Positions 8,020 to 17,800 of a stretch of 35,795 nt of DNA are shown in pieces. The stretch lies in IMG/VR virus record IMGVR_UViG_3300023266_000005, positions 1 to 35,795 of that record; one strand, 5' to 3'. The notes under the pieces are model-generated. The model saw nothing but the letters and a program-made list of their open reading frames with translations, had not been told where the DNA came from and did no database searches. A program made the position numbers and the translations under genes. The DNA comes from a virus (taxonomy: Duplodnaviria > Caudoviricetes). Numbering within the stretch: the stretch's first letter is position 1; each line of letters starts with the position of its first letter.

Positions 8020-10892
8020 TGCGCCGGCTCGCTCACGTAAACGGTCCGCACAATTTCTTTAATCAGGCAGGGCGAGGCGCTGTCGTGAATGATACTCACG
8101 GAGCCGTCGGATTCCGCCCCTTCAAGGCCCATGACCTTGAACGTCTCCACCCCGCTAAAGAGCGGCGCCGGGGTATCGAAGTTGCCGCCGCCGGTGCGGT
8201 AAGACGACTCATCGTCGATGGTCTGCCCGTCCTGCGAGATCTTGAGATCACAGGTGTCCGACATCTTGACGTAGATCGTCCCCAGTGACACCTGCGTAGC
8301 GGCGTTAATGGCGTCGGGCTGCCCCTTGAGCGTCGGTTTGAGGAGCGTCACGAGCGAACGCAGGCGCAGGCCCACTTCACCCCGTGAGAAGTGAATGGGC
8401 AGACGGATAACCCCGTCTTGGACTTTGAGTCCTTCAAAGAAGATGCCGTCGCAGATGGCCACGACTTCTTCACCTTCCAAGTGGTCGCAAGCAATCGTGT
8501 CGGTAGGCGGCCCTTCGTAAGTGGTGGAGCAGTCGGTCGTGGCTGCACCCCAAAAGCCCTGCGTTTCGTCAATGACTTCTAAGTAGCGCACGGTTTGGCC
8601 GTTCACGCTGCGCCGGGCGATGATGTAGGTTTCATCGCGCTCTGGCGTGACAATCGTGGTTAAAGCCTCGACCGCCCCCTCTGTCGGCACCCTAGCCCAG
8701 GCAAAGACAGATTGCTTGCTCTTAAAGGTGAGGGCGATGAGCGTGTCGTTCTCCAGTAAAACCCACACCATATCCTGCGTCTGGTTGTAGCTCATGTCCC
8801 GGATGCCGCTCTCCGTGATGTGCTCGGAGAGCTCGGTTAAATCCTCTGCAGCCAGCCGGTCCACGCGGATGTCAAAGGAGAGGACTAAGAGCCTGCGGCC
8901 GCTCCTGTCCACGAACAGCACTAAGCCTTCTTTGGTACGGATAGGCTGGATGGGCTTGGAGCCTGAGGAGCTGGGATCGGAGGCAAAGAAGGACTTGTCT
9001 GAGAGCATCGAGTTGGTTCCGCCGGTAACCGAGAATTCGGCGTGTGAGGTTCCGGCTACGAGCGTATTGGCACTGAGGAGCCAGTGGACGGCGTTGGATT
9101 CGTGGCTCGCTAGGGTGCGGTGAATGCCGTCATCGTCGCGGCCGATGCCAAAGTAATGGAAGTCACCGGCGGCCGAGCCCAGAATAACCATGGGGTGCCC
9201 GTCAGAGCCGGCGGCAAAGAGCCGCTGCTGATGTAGCGCGATCGCTCTCGGGTAGCCGCTCCCCCCGCCCCACATAGGCGCTTGCAGGGTCCAAGCGCCA
9301 GCCAGGGTAAAGAAAGGTTTGTCGTCGGTTTCGGCCCCTTGCAAGTCGAGCGCGGAGAGGACCACACCCCAGGCGTTTACCATCGTGTCGACGCGCGTCA
9401 CGATGATGATGCCGCCCCGCGTGTAGATGTATTTGCCCACGTCGCCAGACGGGTAGCCATTTCCGTGCCAACCCCCTAGGGAGTAATCCCGGCAGTTGAT
9501 CTGCCCCACCACGCCGGGGTTAAACTGGTTGTTCCTGAACTGGATATACGTCCCGTAGCTGGTCGCCAGGAAGATGATTTCGTGGCTGTTGCCAATGCCG
9601 TAGGACGTTTCCCCGAAGACGTCAGAGGCTCTGGAAACGGAGCCGACCTGGCACGATACCGGCCCGTCATGGACGCTGAAGGTGAGCTTGTACCAGGTCT
9701 GCGGCGCTGTGGCGATCACCTGTTCAATCCAGGCCATACCGCGCTCGCCACCGGTCAAGCGAAAGCCGCCGATGGCCACCGTTGCCGCACCGGTCGAGCG
9801 GATGTTGTAGGCGTCGGTATTTTGGAAGTCGTTGCGCCCGCCCTGCAAGGCATCAATGTGCACATCGGTCTGTGAGGGGACACTCACGACGCGGCCGTTG
9901 CTTCCGCCCGTCAGGTTGTAGACCTGGTGGCCAGGCTCGATCCCCAGGGTGAGGAATTGCCCTTGCAGGTCCACCAGGATGGTGGTTTGCGTGGCGCCGT
10001 CATGCGTCCCAGCAGCAATCACAGGCCTTGAAAAGTCGGTCCAGTACGTCATGCCCAGTTCACCCGAGGTGTTGCGGATGAGCTGCGGGTTTTGCGGGTT
10101 GTCCCCCGTCAGCCACAGTCTCACGGTTTGCCCCACAGGACCGGGCTTTTCCACTGCGAGTCTGGCATTAGGGCTTTTGGTTGTAGCCCACTCGCCATAG
10201 TTAAAGTTGGTGCGCTCGAAGCCTTCGAGGACGGAAACGTACACCTGGACAGGGCCTATATACTGGATGATCGAGGCGCGGCCCCGCCCCTTGAGGTCGA
10301 CGATCTCGCGGCCCACGTCGGCAGGGGTAAAGTCGGGCAGCACCGAATCAAAGCGCGACTGACCGCCGCCCAGGGGCACGATGGCCGCCGGTCCCCACCG
10401 TGGCGTATTTTGCTCAAGCGAGGGGACAGGATCGATGCCCGCGAGGACCAGGCTAAAGCCTGTGGCACTGCTGCGGCGCAGCTCATGAAGAGGAAAGGTG
10501 CCGTGTGCCAGCCAGCGAATGTCACGGTCTTGGGCGCTCTTAATCTCTTCAGCCTGCGCTGACGTGTAAGGCGTACTGATATCGTGGACAGCGTCCAAGG
10601 CCGCCCGGTTGCGGTAGAACCTGAAATAGCCGTTTCCCGCCTCGATGACGTAAGAGTCATGCACCCCGAAGATGAAAGGCAGCAGCGTCGCCCTCTGGCT
10701 CATGTCTTTAATCCGAGCAATGAAGCGCGTCCCAAAGCGCTTGCGCAAGGGACCGTGCACCAAGGGCGTAAAGTTCTCCAGGCGCCCCACCGCGGCGTGG
10801 TACTTCGAATTCTCGCTATCGTGGCGCGAATCGGCAATGGGCGTCATCTCACCCACGGTGAAGTTGTTTTGCACCACGAAGAGAGTCGGCAT
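8016..10892 (-). CDS. Tail tubular protein B / nozzle (T7 gp12-like), with inserted accessory domains
   Basis: N-terminal QNNFTVGEMTP...LENF...GPLRKRFGTRF, central GYPRAIALHQQRLFAAG, and FAWAR; follows tubular A. At 958 aa it is longer than typical. Confidence 0.88.
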   Translation of the reverse strand: MPTLFVVQNNFTVGEMTPIADSRHDSENSKYHAAVGRLENFTPLVHGPLRKRFGTRFIARIKDMSQRATLLPFIFGVHDSYVIEAGNGYFRFYRNRAALDAVHDISTPYTSAQAEEIKSAQDRDIRWLAHGTFPLHELRRSSATGFSLVLAGIDPVPSLEQNTPRWGPAAIVPLGGGQSRFDSVLPDFTPADVGREIVDLKGRGRASIIQYIGPVQVYVSVLEGFERTNFNYGEWATTKSPNARLAVEKPGPVGQTVRLWLTGDNPQNPQLIRNTSGELGMTYWTDFSRPVIAAGTHDGATQTTILVDLQGQFLTLGIEPGHQVYNLTGGSNGRVVSVPSQTDVHIDALQGGRNDFQNTDAYNIRSTGAATVAIGGFRLTGGERGMAWIEQVIATAPQTWYKLTFSVHDGPVSCQVGSVSRASDVFGETSYGIGNSHEIIFLATSYGTYIQFRNNQFNPGVVGQINCRDYSLGGWHGNGYPSGDVGKYIYTRGGIIIVTRVDTMVNAWGVVLSALDLQGAETDDKPFFTLAGAWTLQAPMWGGGSGYPRAIALHQQRLFAAGSDGHPMVILGSAAGDFHYFGIGRDDDGIHRTLASHESNAVHWLLSANTLVAGTSHAEFSVTGGTNSMLSDKSFFASDPSSSGSKPIQPIRTKEGLVLFVDRSGRRLLVLSFDIRVDRLAAEDLTELSEHITESGIRDMSYNQTQDMVWVLLENDTLIALTFKSKQSVFAWARVPTEGAVEALTTIVTPERDETYIIARRSVNGQTVRYLEVIDETQGFWGAATTDCSTTYEGPPTDTIACDHLEGEEVVAICDGIFFEGLKVQDGVIRLPIHFSRGEVGLRLRSLVTLLKPTLKGQPDAINAATQVSLGTIYVKMSDTCDLKISQDGQTIDDESSYRTGGGNFDTPAPLFSGVETFKVMGLEGAESDGSVSIIHDSASPCLIKEIVRTVYVSEPAQ

Positions 10893-11519
10893 TTAGTGGT
10901 ACCTCGCTGTCAGTAGGCTGTACTGCCACCAGGGCGCTTGGGCGTCCATGTACGCGGCGCTATCGCCCTCGCTCACGTCTTTACCCTTGGCGCCGTCTAG
11001 CAGTTCCTTGTAGCGCCCGTAAGCCTGCTCCTGAAGCGTCTGTGACGACCTCATAGGAAAGGCCAAGTAACTCTCCAGGAGGGCCTTCATGCAGGCCGTG
11101 AAGTCGGCTGGCCAGATGGCCGGATCCGAGACGTTGCGGGTATAGCGCACGACCACGGGAACGCCAGGTTTCACCATGGTGGCGAGGACGGGCTTCTTGT
11201 GGCTGTCCGCTTCGACGCGCCAGGCGTAGAGGACCTCATCGTTTTGGGCATGCGACACGGCATTAATGCGGGCATAGTCGTTTGGCAGTTCGTAGTAGGT
11301 CATGAACTCCGAAGGGGGAATTTCGGCCAGCTGGGAGAGCCGCTGCCTGCCGGTCGAAAAATTCCAGGCGTGGGCGGCCAGGACTTCTCTTAAGACCTCG
11401 GGGTAGAGCTGGTTGCAGACGCGGGCGCGCTCGTTCGTTTCCGAAAGGTTGATGAGCGGTTTAAAGCCGAGTTTCACCAGCACCGAGTTGCAGATGGAGA
11501 CCGCAGAGTCGCCCAGCAT
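10893..11519 (-). CDS. Tail tubular protein A / adaptor (T7 gp11-like)
   Basis: Motifs ICNSVLVKLG...I..L...AHAWNFS and YELPNDY.RI. Start reassigned to ATG 11519 (GGAGG upstream, TAATG overlap with the previous stop). Confidence 0.88.
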   Translation of the reverse strand: MLGDSAVSICNSVLVKLGFKPLINLSETNERARVCNQLYPEVLREVLAAHAWNFSTGRQRLSQLAEIPPSEFMTYYELPNDYARINAVSHAQNDEVLYAWRVEADSHKKPVLATMVKPGVPVVVRYTRNVSDPAIWPADFTACMKALLESYLAFPMRSSQTLQEQAYGRYKELLDGAKGKDVSEGDSAAYMDAQAPWWQYSLLTARYH

Positions 11520-11875
11520 TACATGGCCTCCCGTGCCATGAGGATAATGTCGAGGGTGAGACCGGTGCCCGCCAGGATGACCGGGCGGTTCCACAGGTCG
11601 TTCTCGATGACGTAGACGCGATTAGGCGTGGTGAGATTGATGAGCGAGCCGCCCTGCGTCGTACAGCGAAACCACACCTGAGACGTACTCGATTCCAGGT
11701 TGCCCTCAAGGCCAATGGCCCCACTGGTGCCAAAAGACCCCGACACCTGAAAGCCCTTTTCGTTCTTGGTCGCCATGTTGACGGGCTCGAAGGTATCGCC
11801 CTCGTGCACGCCTGACCATTTGTAGACCGTCACTTGCCTCGACGTCAGGAGGGCGGTTGCCCTGATCAGTGCCAT
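11519..11875 (-). CDS. Small beta-rich virion protein (decoration or spike-base candidate)
   Basis: 118 aa with the pattern W....GD..P...QVSGSFG....LEG......W...RP, which I recall from small phage structural proteins; lies in the head-tail region. Confidence 0.55.
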   Translation of the reverse strand: MALIRATALLTSRQVTVYKWSGVHEGDTFEPVNMATKNEKGFQVSGSFGTSGAIGLEGNLESSTSQVWFRCTTQGGSLINLTTPNRVYVIENDLWNRPVILAGTGLTLDIILMAREAM

Positions 11876-11878
11876 AGC

Positions 11879-14800
11879 TTAGTCCTTCTTGCGTCTCTCA
11901 ATCGGGATGTTGTCGTTGCTGCCCGCTGTGGCTGGGCAGTCGACGCCAGGGGTCCGTACCGTTTGCACCGCTGAGAGCGGGCCGTCAAGGCCGTTAGAGC
12001 CGCCCACCTGGTAGCCATAAAAGGTGTCGGTAAGCGGGGTCACGTCGCTCCACTGCCCAAGTGTGGTCGTACCCAGAAGCGAGCCATCACGGTAGACCTT
12101 GTAAAGCAGCGTATCGGGCATGAGGGTCCAGGTCATGCCCACACGCAGCGGACACTGACCCGCTTGGGCGCTCACCCCGGTCACTTGTGGCGGCGGGTTG
12201 CCGCTTGGACACGGCGGCCCTATAAGAAAACTCACCTCGCCGCTCTTATCCCCCTGCTGCGTGCCGTCATCCGTCGATATACGCCAGTAGAGCGTCGTAC
12301 TCGCTGGCGCCCCCTGTACCGCGTAGCCCGAGTTTGTGGGCTGCGCCACATCAGCGTAGGGACCGTTCTTAATATTGCCCTGCCAGACGTGATACTTCGA
12401 GGCGCCAGGGACGTCGTCCCAGTCGAGAACCACTTGCGCCGGGCAGGTTCCCGCTTCCACTGAGATAAAGCCCGGCGGATCAGGAGGCGGCGGCGTGCAC
12501 GAGGTCGCAGATGTCGTGACGGTGACGACATCGCTATACGGCCCATACTGCCCGTTATAAGCGGCAATCTGATAGCGGTAAGGTAGAGCAAGGCCTAGAC
12601 CGCCCTCGGTGTAGGTCGTCTGCGTCGTGGTGCCAATGAGCGCCATGGCGCCGCCGCGCCCGTCATCTCTCTCCAGCTTGTAGGCCCCGGCGCCGCTGAC
12701 CGCGTCCCAGGAGAGCGACACCTGATCGGGGCACGTCGCCTGTGTACCGGTCACGTTCTCAGGCTCCCCAGGGGGCAGCGGTGGGCACGGATCGGCTAGC
12801 GTCTTAATGGAGATGTCAGTACTTCCCAGGCCTTCGATGCCGTTGTCAGCGGTCACTTTGTAGTCATAGAGCTGATCCGGCACGACCTCGGCGTCAACGT
12901 AGCTGGCTGACGCAGGCGAGGCGACCACGGTGTACGGACCGCCTAGGGTTTCCGAGCGATAAACGCGATAGAAGCTGGCGTCTGAAACCGGGCTCCAACC
13001 CACCAGGACGCGCAGCGGACAGGTCACCTGCCCAATCGCCATGCCCTGCGGCTGTGCCGGTGGCGCCAGAGGGCAGGCTTCGGGGCCGGTGGCAATAGAA
13101 GCCTCTGCCGACTTGGCGCCTTCTTTGTCGGTGAATGCACTCACTTGGTACCAGTAAGGCGTCGCCACGGATACGGCGGTGTCGATAAAAGGTGTACCGG
13201 CCGTGATGGTTTGCAGGCTGTAAGAGCCGCCCGGCACCTGCGAGCGGTAGACGTAATAGCTCGTGGCGCCCGCGACCGTATTCCAACTGACCGCATTCCT
13301 GAGCGGACAGGTGCCTGTGGTGAGCGTAACACCACTGGGCGCTGGAGGCGGCGGTGTCGGGCAGGTCTCAGAAGCCATGGTGATGCTTCTGGGATTGGTC
13401 GGCGCGCTCTCCAGAGAGTTGAAAGCGGTTATCTGATAGCTGTAGGGCTGCGACACGGCTACCGAGGTATCGACGTAAGTGGTCGTGGGCACCTCGGTCA
13501 GCAGGGCAAAGGGACCGGTACTCGCGGGCGCCCTGTAGATGCGGTAAGCCGTGGCCGAAGCGACGCTGTTCCAGTTAAGGACGGCGCGCAAGGGGCAAGT
13601 CTGCGCCGTGGCACTAAACCCCATGGGAATGGTCGGCGTACCAATACACGGCGCTGGGGTACTTGCCGTCTGCACGCCGGTTTGCCCGCCTTCTTTGCCG
13701 TTGTAGGCACTCACCTTGTAGCTGTACGGGGTAGAGGCATCGAGGCCTGTTTCCGTATAGGTCGACACCGAGGGACTCGCCACCAGGGTAAAAGGGCCTG
13801 TGGGAGAGGGCGAGCGGTAGAGCAGGTAACTGGTGGCTGTGGGCGTATCGGCCCAGTCGAGCACGATCTGGTTCGGACAGGTGCCGGTGGTGGCGGTGAA
13901 ACCTGTCGGCACCGGCGGCGGATCGCCTGGACAGATAGGCGTGGGCGACGTGGCGCCTACTGGCGTGCTGAAAGGGCCTTCAAAGCCATTGTAAGCCGCC
14001 ACCTTGTAGGTGTAGGGGACCGCGCCTGCAACGCTGAGATCGTTGTAAAAAGCCGTAGCGACGTCGGCAATCTGCGTGTAAGCCCCGCCGCTTGAGCGCT
14101 GTACGCGGTAGCTCGAGGCGCCTGAAACGGGCGTCCAGGCCAGGTTGATCTGAGACGGACATGATAGTGGCGTGGCTGTGAGGCCGGTAACGGTCGCCGG
14201 TGCCTTTTGGCCCACGGCTACCGCGGCGCAGCTTTGGTCGCCCTCAATGCCGGTATCTGCCGTCACCACGTAGCTGTAGAGCTGAGCGTTGACAATGGCT
14301 GTGTCGGTATAGGTCGTACCTGTGGGGTCGGCAATGAGGGTGTAAGGACCACTGACACTGTTTGCCCGGTAGAGATGATAGGTGGCGCTGGGGACCGCGT
14401 CCCAGGAGACGGCAATGCTCCCCAGGCTGGAAACCGCGGTCGTCCTAGCTGGCGGCGGCGGCGCCACGGCCGGGGGTGTACACGTCGCCGATGAGGTAAT
14501 GGTGCTCCCGGCGCTGGCAGCGCTCGTAAAGCGGCCGTCAATGGTCTGCACGTTGTAGGTATAGACGATGGCCGGGTCCAAGTAGGGATCGTCGGCAGAC
14601 GTGGTGCCGAATTCGCCGACTTCTAAGTACTCGCCGGCGGCTGTGGTTTTGGAGAGGAAATAGCTGTCTGCCCCGGCCGCCGGGTTCCACGTACAGCTTG
14701 CCGAACAGTCGGGATGCGCCGTGCAGGCGAGCCCTGTAGGGACCGCAGGCGCCACCAGGGTGGTGGCCGACTTTTGGGTAGAAGGCGCTGAAACGAGCCC

Positions 14801-17800
14801 GTTATCGGCGGTCACCTGGCAGTAATAGGTTTTGGAGTCGAGCAGACCGCTAATTTCCGCTTGGGTGTCCTCCGTGTCCACGGTCGTGGGGAAGGGACCG
14901 GCAGCGGCCGTGCCACACGTGACGTGATAGAGGTCGCCGTCAGGGACCGCATCCCACGAGGCAAACAAGCTCCCCAGTCCTTCACCAGGCACGAGTGTAA
15001 AGCCTGTAGGCGCTACCGGCGCTTGCGGCCCGGGATTGCCTTCCACTTGCAGGACCACCCACTTGGCCGACTGTGCCGGGTTGGTGGCAAAGGTGAGGTT
15101 GAGGCCCGTGCTCGTGAGCGTTGGCGTGGCATCGTAGAGGACGGCAGCGCCGCTGTTATTCATCAGGCGCCAGTTGGTAGAAGCCCGACTCTTGGCCGGG
15201 ACCGCTGTGGCTGTGCCATTACCCAGGCCGTCTTGCATGTTCCAAGAAGCGCTAAAGACCCCGCCGTTACCCGCTATGGCCAGGCCCGCTTGCGAGCTGT
15301 TGACCTGCTCTACCGCGTCATCGGTAGCCGAGGCGCTGAGAAAGCCGAGAGCCAGGCCTGGGGCAAAGCCCGCTGCCGTGGTCACGACACAGTTGCAGTT
15401 GGCCGGGGTCGCTGGGGTGGACACCATGCTGAGCTTGGTCTTCAGGCCGCCCAAGGAGACGGCCGCGTAGCCCATTTGCGACGTGGCTGTATACACGGTG
15501 TTGTTGACCCTGAACCCCGTGGCGCTGTAGTTGGAAACCGTCAAGCGGCTCCGCAGTTGGCCAAACTCGGTCCCCTGTAGGGCTTGCGATGAAATGTCGG
15601 TCCAGGACTCGGAGAACTGTCCCGCTGTGCCGGTCACTTGCCCCGTGTCACCGTTCCAGCTCATACCCATGTTGGCAACTGGGGTGCGCGTGTGCATACC
15701 GAGTTTGACGATGAATTCCGCCGTCCCTGTGCCGCTAAAATCCTGGTAGCGTCCTGAGCCCAGAAAGACCACGTCCGGTTGGATACCGGCCGCCACGTCG
15801 ACAGAGGCGCCCACCGCGGGGACGCTGAAGGTTCCGGCTTTGAAGTTGGCGTCAGCCCCGCCAAAGAGAACCGCTATCCCCTGAAGACCGCTTGAGCCCC
15901 CGGCCCAGGTAATCCGCACGCCGCCAGGGATAAGCGTGCAGGTTCCCCGCAGCACGGCCGCCTTGCTGGAATCAATCTGCCCGCTACATTCTGCCGTGCG
16001 CTGGTTATTCGTGCTCGCAGTCGTGGTGAGACCGTCTGTGGCATAGCCCCCTACCCACCACTGTGACGTTGCATCTGAAGCCCCAAAGCTCATGCGCGCA
16101 TGGGCTGAGCCACCGATGATGGTCGAGCCGCTCAAATAGATCAGCACGCCTTTGGGGGTAATACCGGTAAAGACAGAGGATGTGATGTCTTGCGACGTGC
16201 CCGACGTCACCGACACAAACGGGACCACCGCCGTTTTGATATCGGCCGATTTAGGCGCCTCATAGGCCCCCATATCCCACTTGCCACTCGTGGGAATAGG
16301 GCGCTTCGTACCCGTGATGTCGTCAGGTACGAGGCTTAGATCTGTCCCTGTGTCCTTGGCGGGGGAGCCCGCTTGCAAGTGGAAGTCATCTGCGCTCGCG
16401 TCCACGAACAAGGGATTGGTCGATGAGGGCAGGTTGGTTTCCTGAATCGTCCCCGTGCCGTTGATCGTAATGTCAGAGGCCGTGTTGTTGCAGATGTTGT
16501 TGGTCAGGCGCGAAGTCGCCATGTGGCTGCCGATGCTGATACAGGAACCAGCAGCAGCGGCCGGAGGCGCAGGGCCGACGATGGTGTTATGGGCGATGAG
16601 CGCGTTTGCCCCGCCTTTGGTGTTGCTAGCATCGCCTAGGAGAATGCCACCGGTGGGATTGTGGGCCATCACGTTATTGGTGATGCTCGCGGTGTCGCCC
16701 ACATCGGGGAGATAAACGGCCCAGCCGCCGTTACTGGTAATTTTGTTCTTGGCAATGGTCGTCAGGCTATAGCTGTAGGTCGTAGCCGCGGGGTCGTCAA
16801 GGGCAATGCCGTGGCCCTTGTTGCTGGCGATAGTGTTGTTGGTGGCGTTGTTCTTGCCGCTCATCATGAGGATACCGTGATGAGCCGTCGTCGTGCCATT
16901 GTTGTGGATGTTGCTGTTCAAGATTTCGTTGTAAGGCGATCCGGCTGAGATCTCGATGCCGTGGGATTTCGAGTTGTAGACCTCGACGCCGTCAAAGCGG
17001 TTGTTCCACTCGGAGGTGTTCAGGAAGATCGCAGAGCCTGTGGTGTTAACCGCGTCGACCTTGATGCCTTTGATGAGGGTGAACTTGGTACCCCCCGTGA
17101 GGGTAATGGCATGCGTACCTGAAGCAGGCTGCAAGAGAACGGTGGCGCCGGTATCGGCCTTGATGGTGTAGGCGGCGTCGTCGATGCTGGTTCCCGCTTT
17201 AGCCGTGAGCGTGATGGTTTCAGTGTAGGTACCGGACTTCACCGTACAGCTTGAATTGGGCGCTGTCAGGGCATTCACGATGCACTTGCCGATGGTCTTC
17301 CAAGCATTCGCTGGGGTCGTACCTGGCCCATTATCATCCGGTCTCGATGCATCGACCCATTGATCTTTAGCTGGAGGCGGGGGGATTTCGCCCCCTGAAC
17401 CGCCGTATTCATAGGCGCCGTAATCGTACGTTCCATTGACTGGACGCGTATTCTTGTCGTAGTCGTCTTTGATGCCGTTTATCTGTGTCAGCTCATCAAT
17501 GGCACTGCTAGCCGTGCTCTTGAGGTGGTAGTCACCGCCCAAGCTTGACGAAGGCGAAACGAACAGGCTTGAAGTTCCCGTCAGGTTGCCACTTACTTGA
17601 CGGGAATAATACGCATCACCCTTGTCTGTATCTTGAATGTTACCCTTTACGCTCTTGGTGACCTCGAATCTAGCAGTATCCGTGCAATATGAAATGCCTA
17701 CTTTTTTGACTAAGAATCCCTGACTATTGTTATAACACGTATTATTATACGCAAACCCTTTGGCATTACACACGCCTAGACAGCGCATCTTATTATTGAC

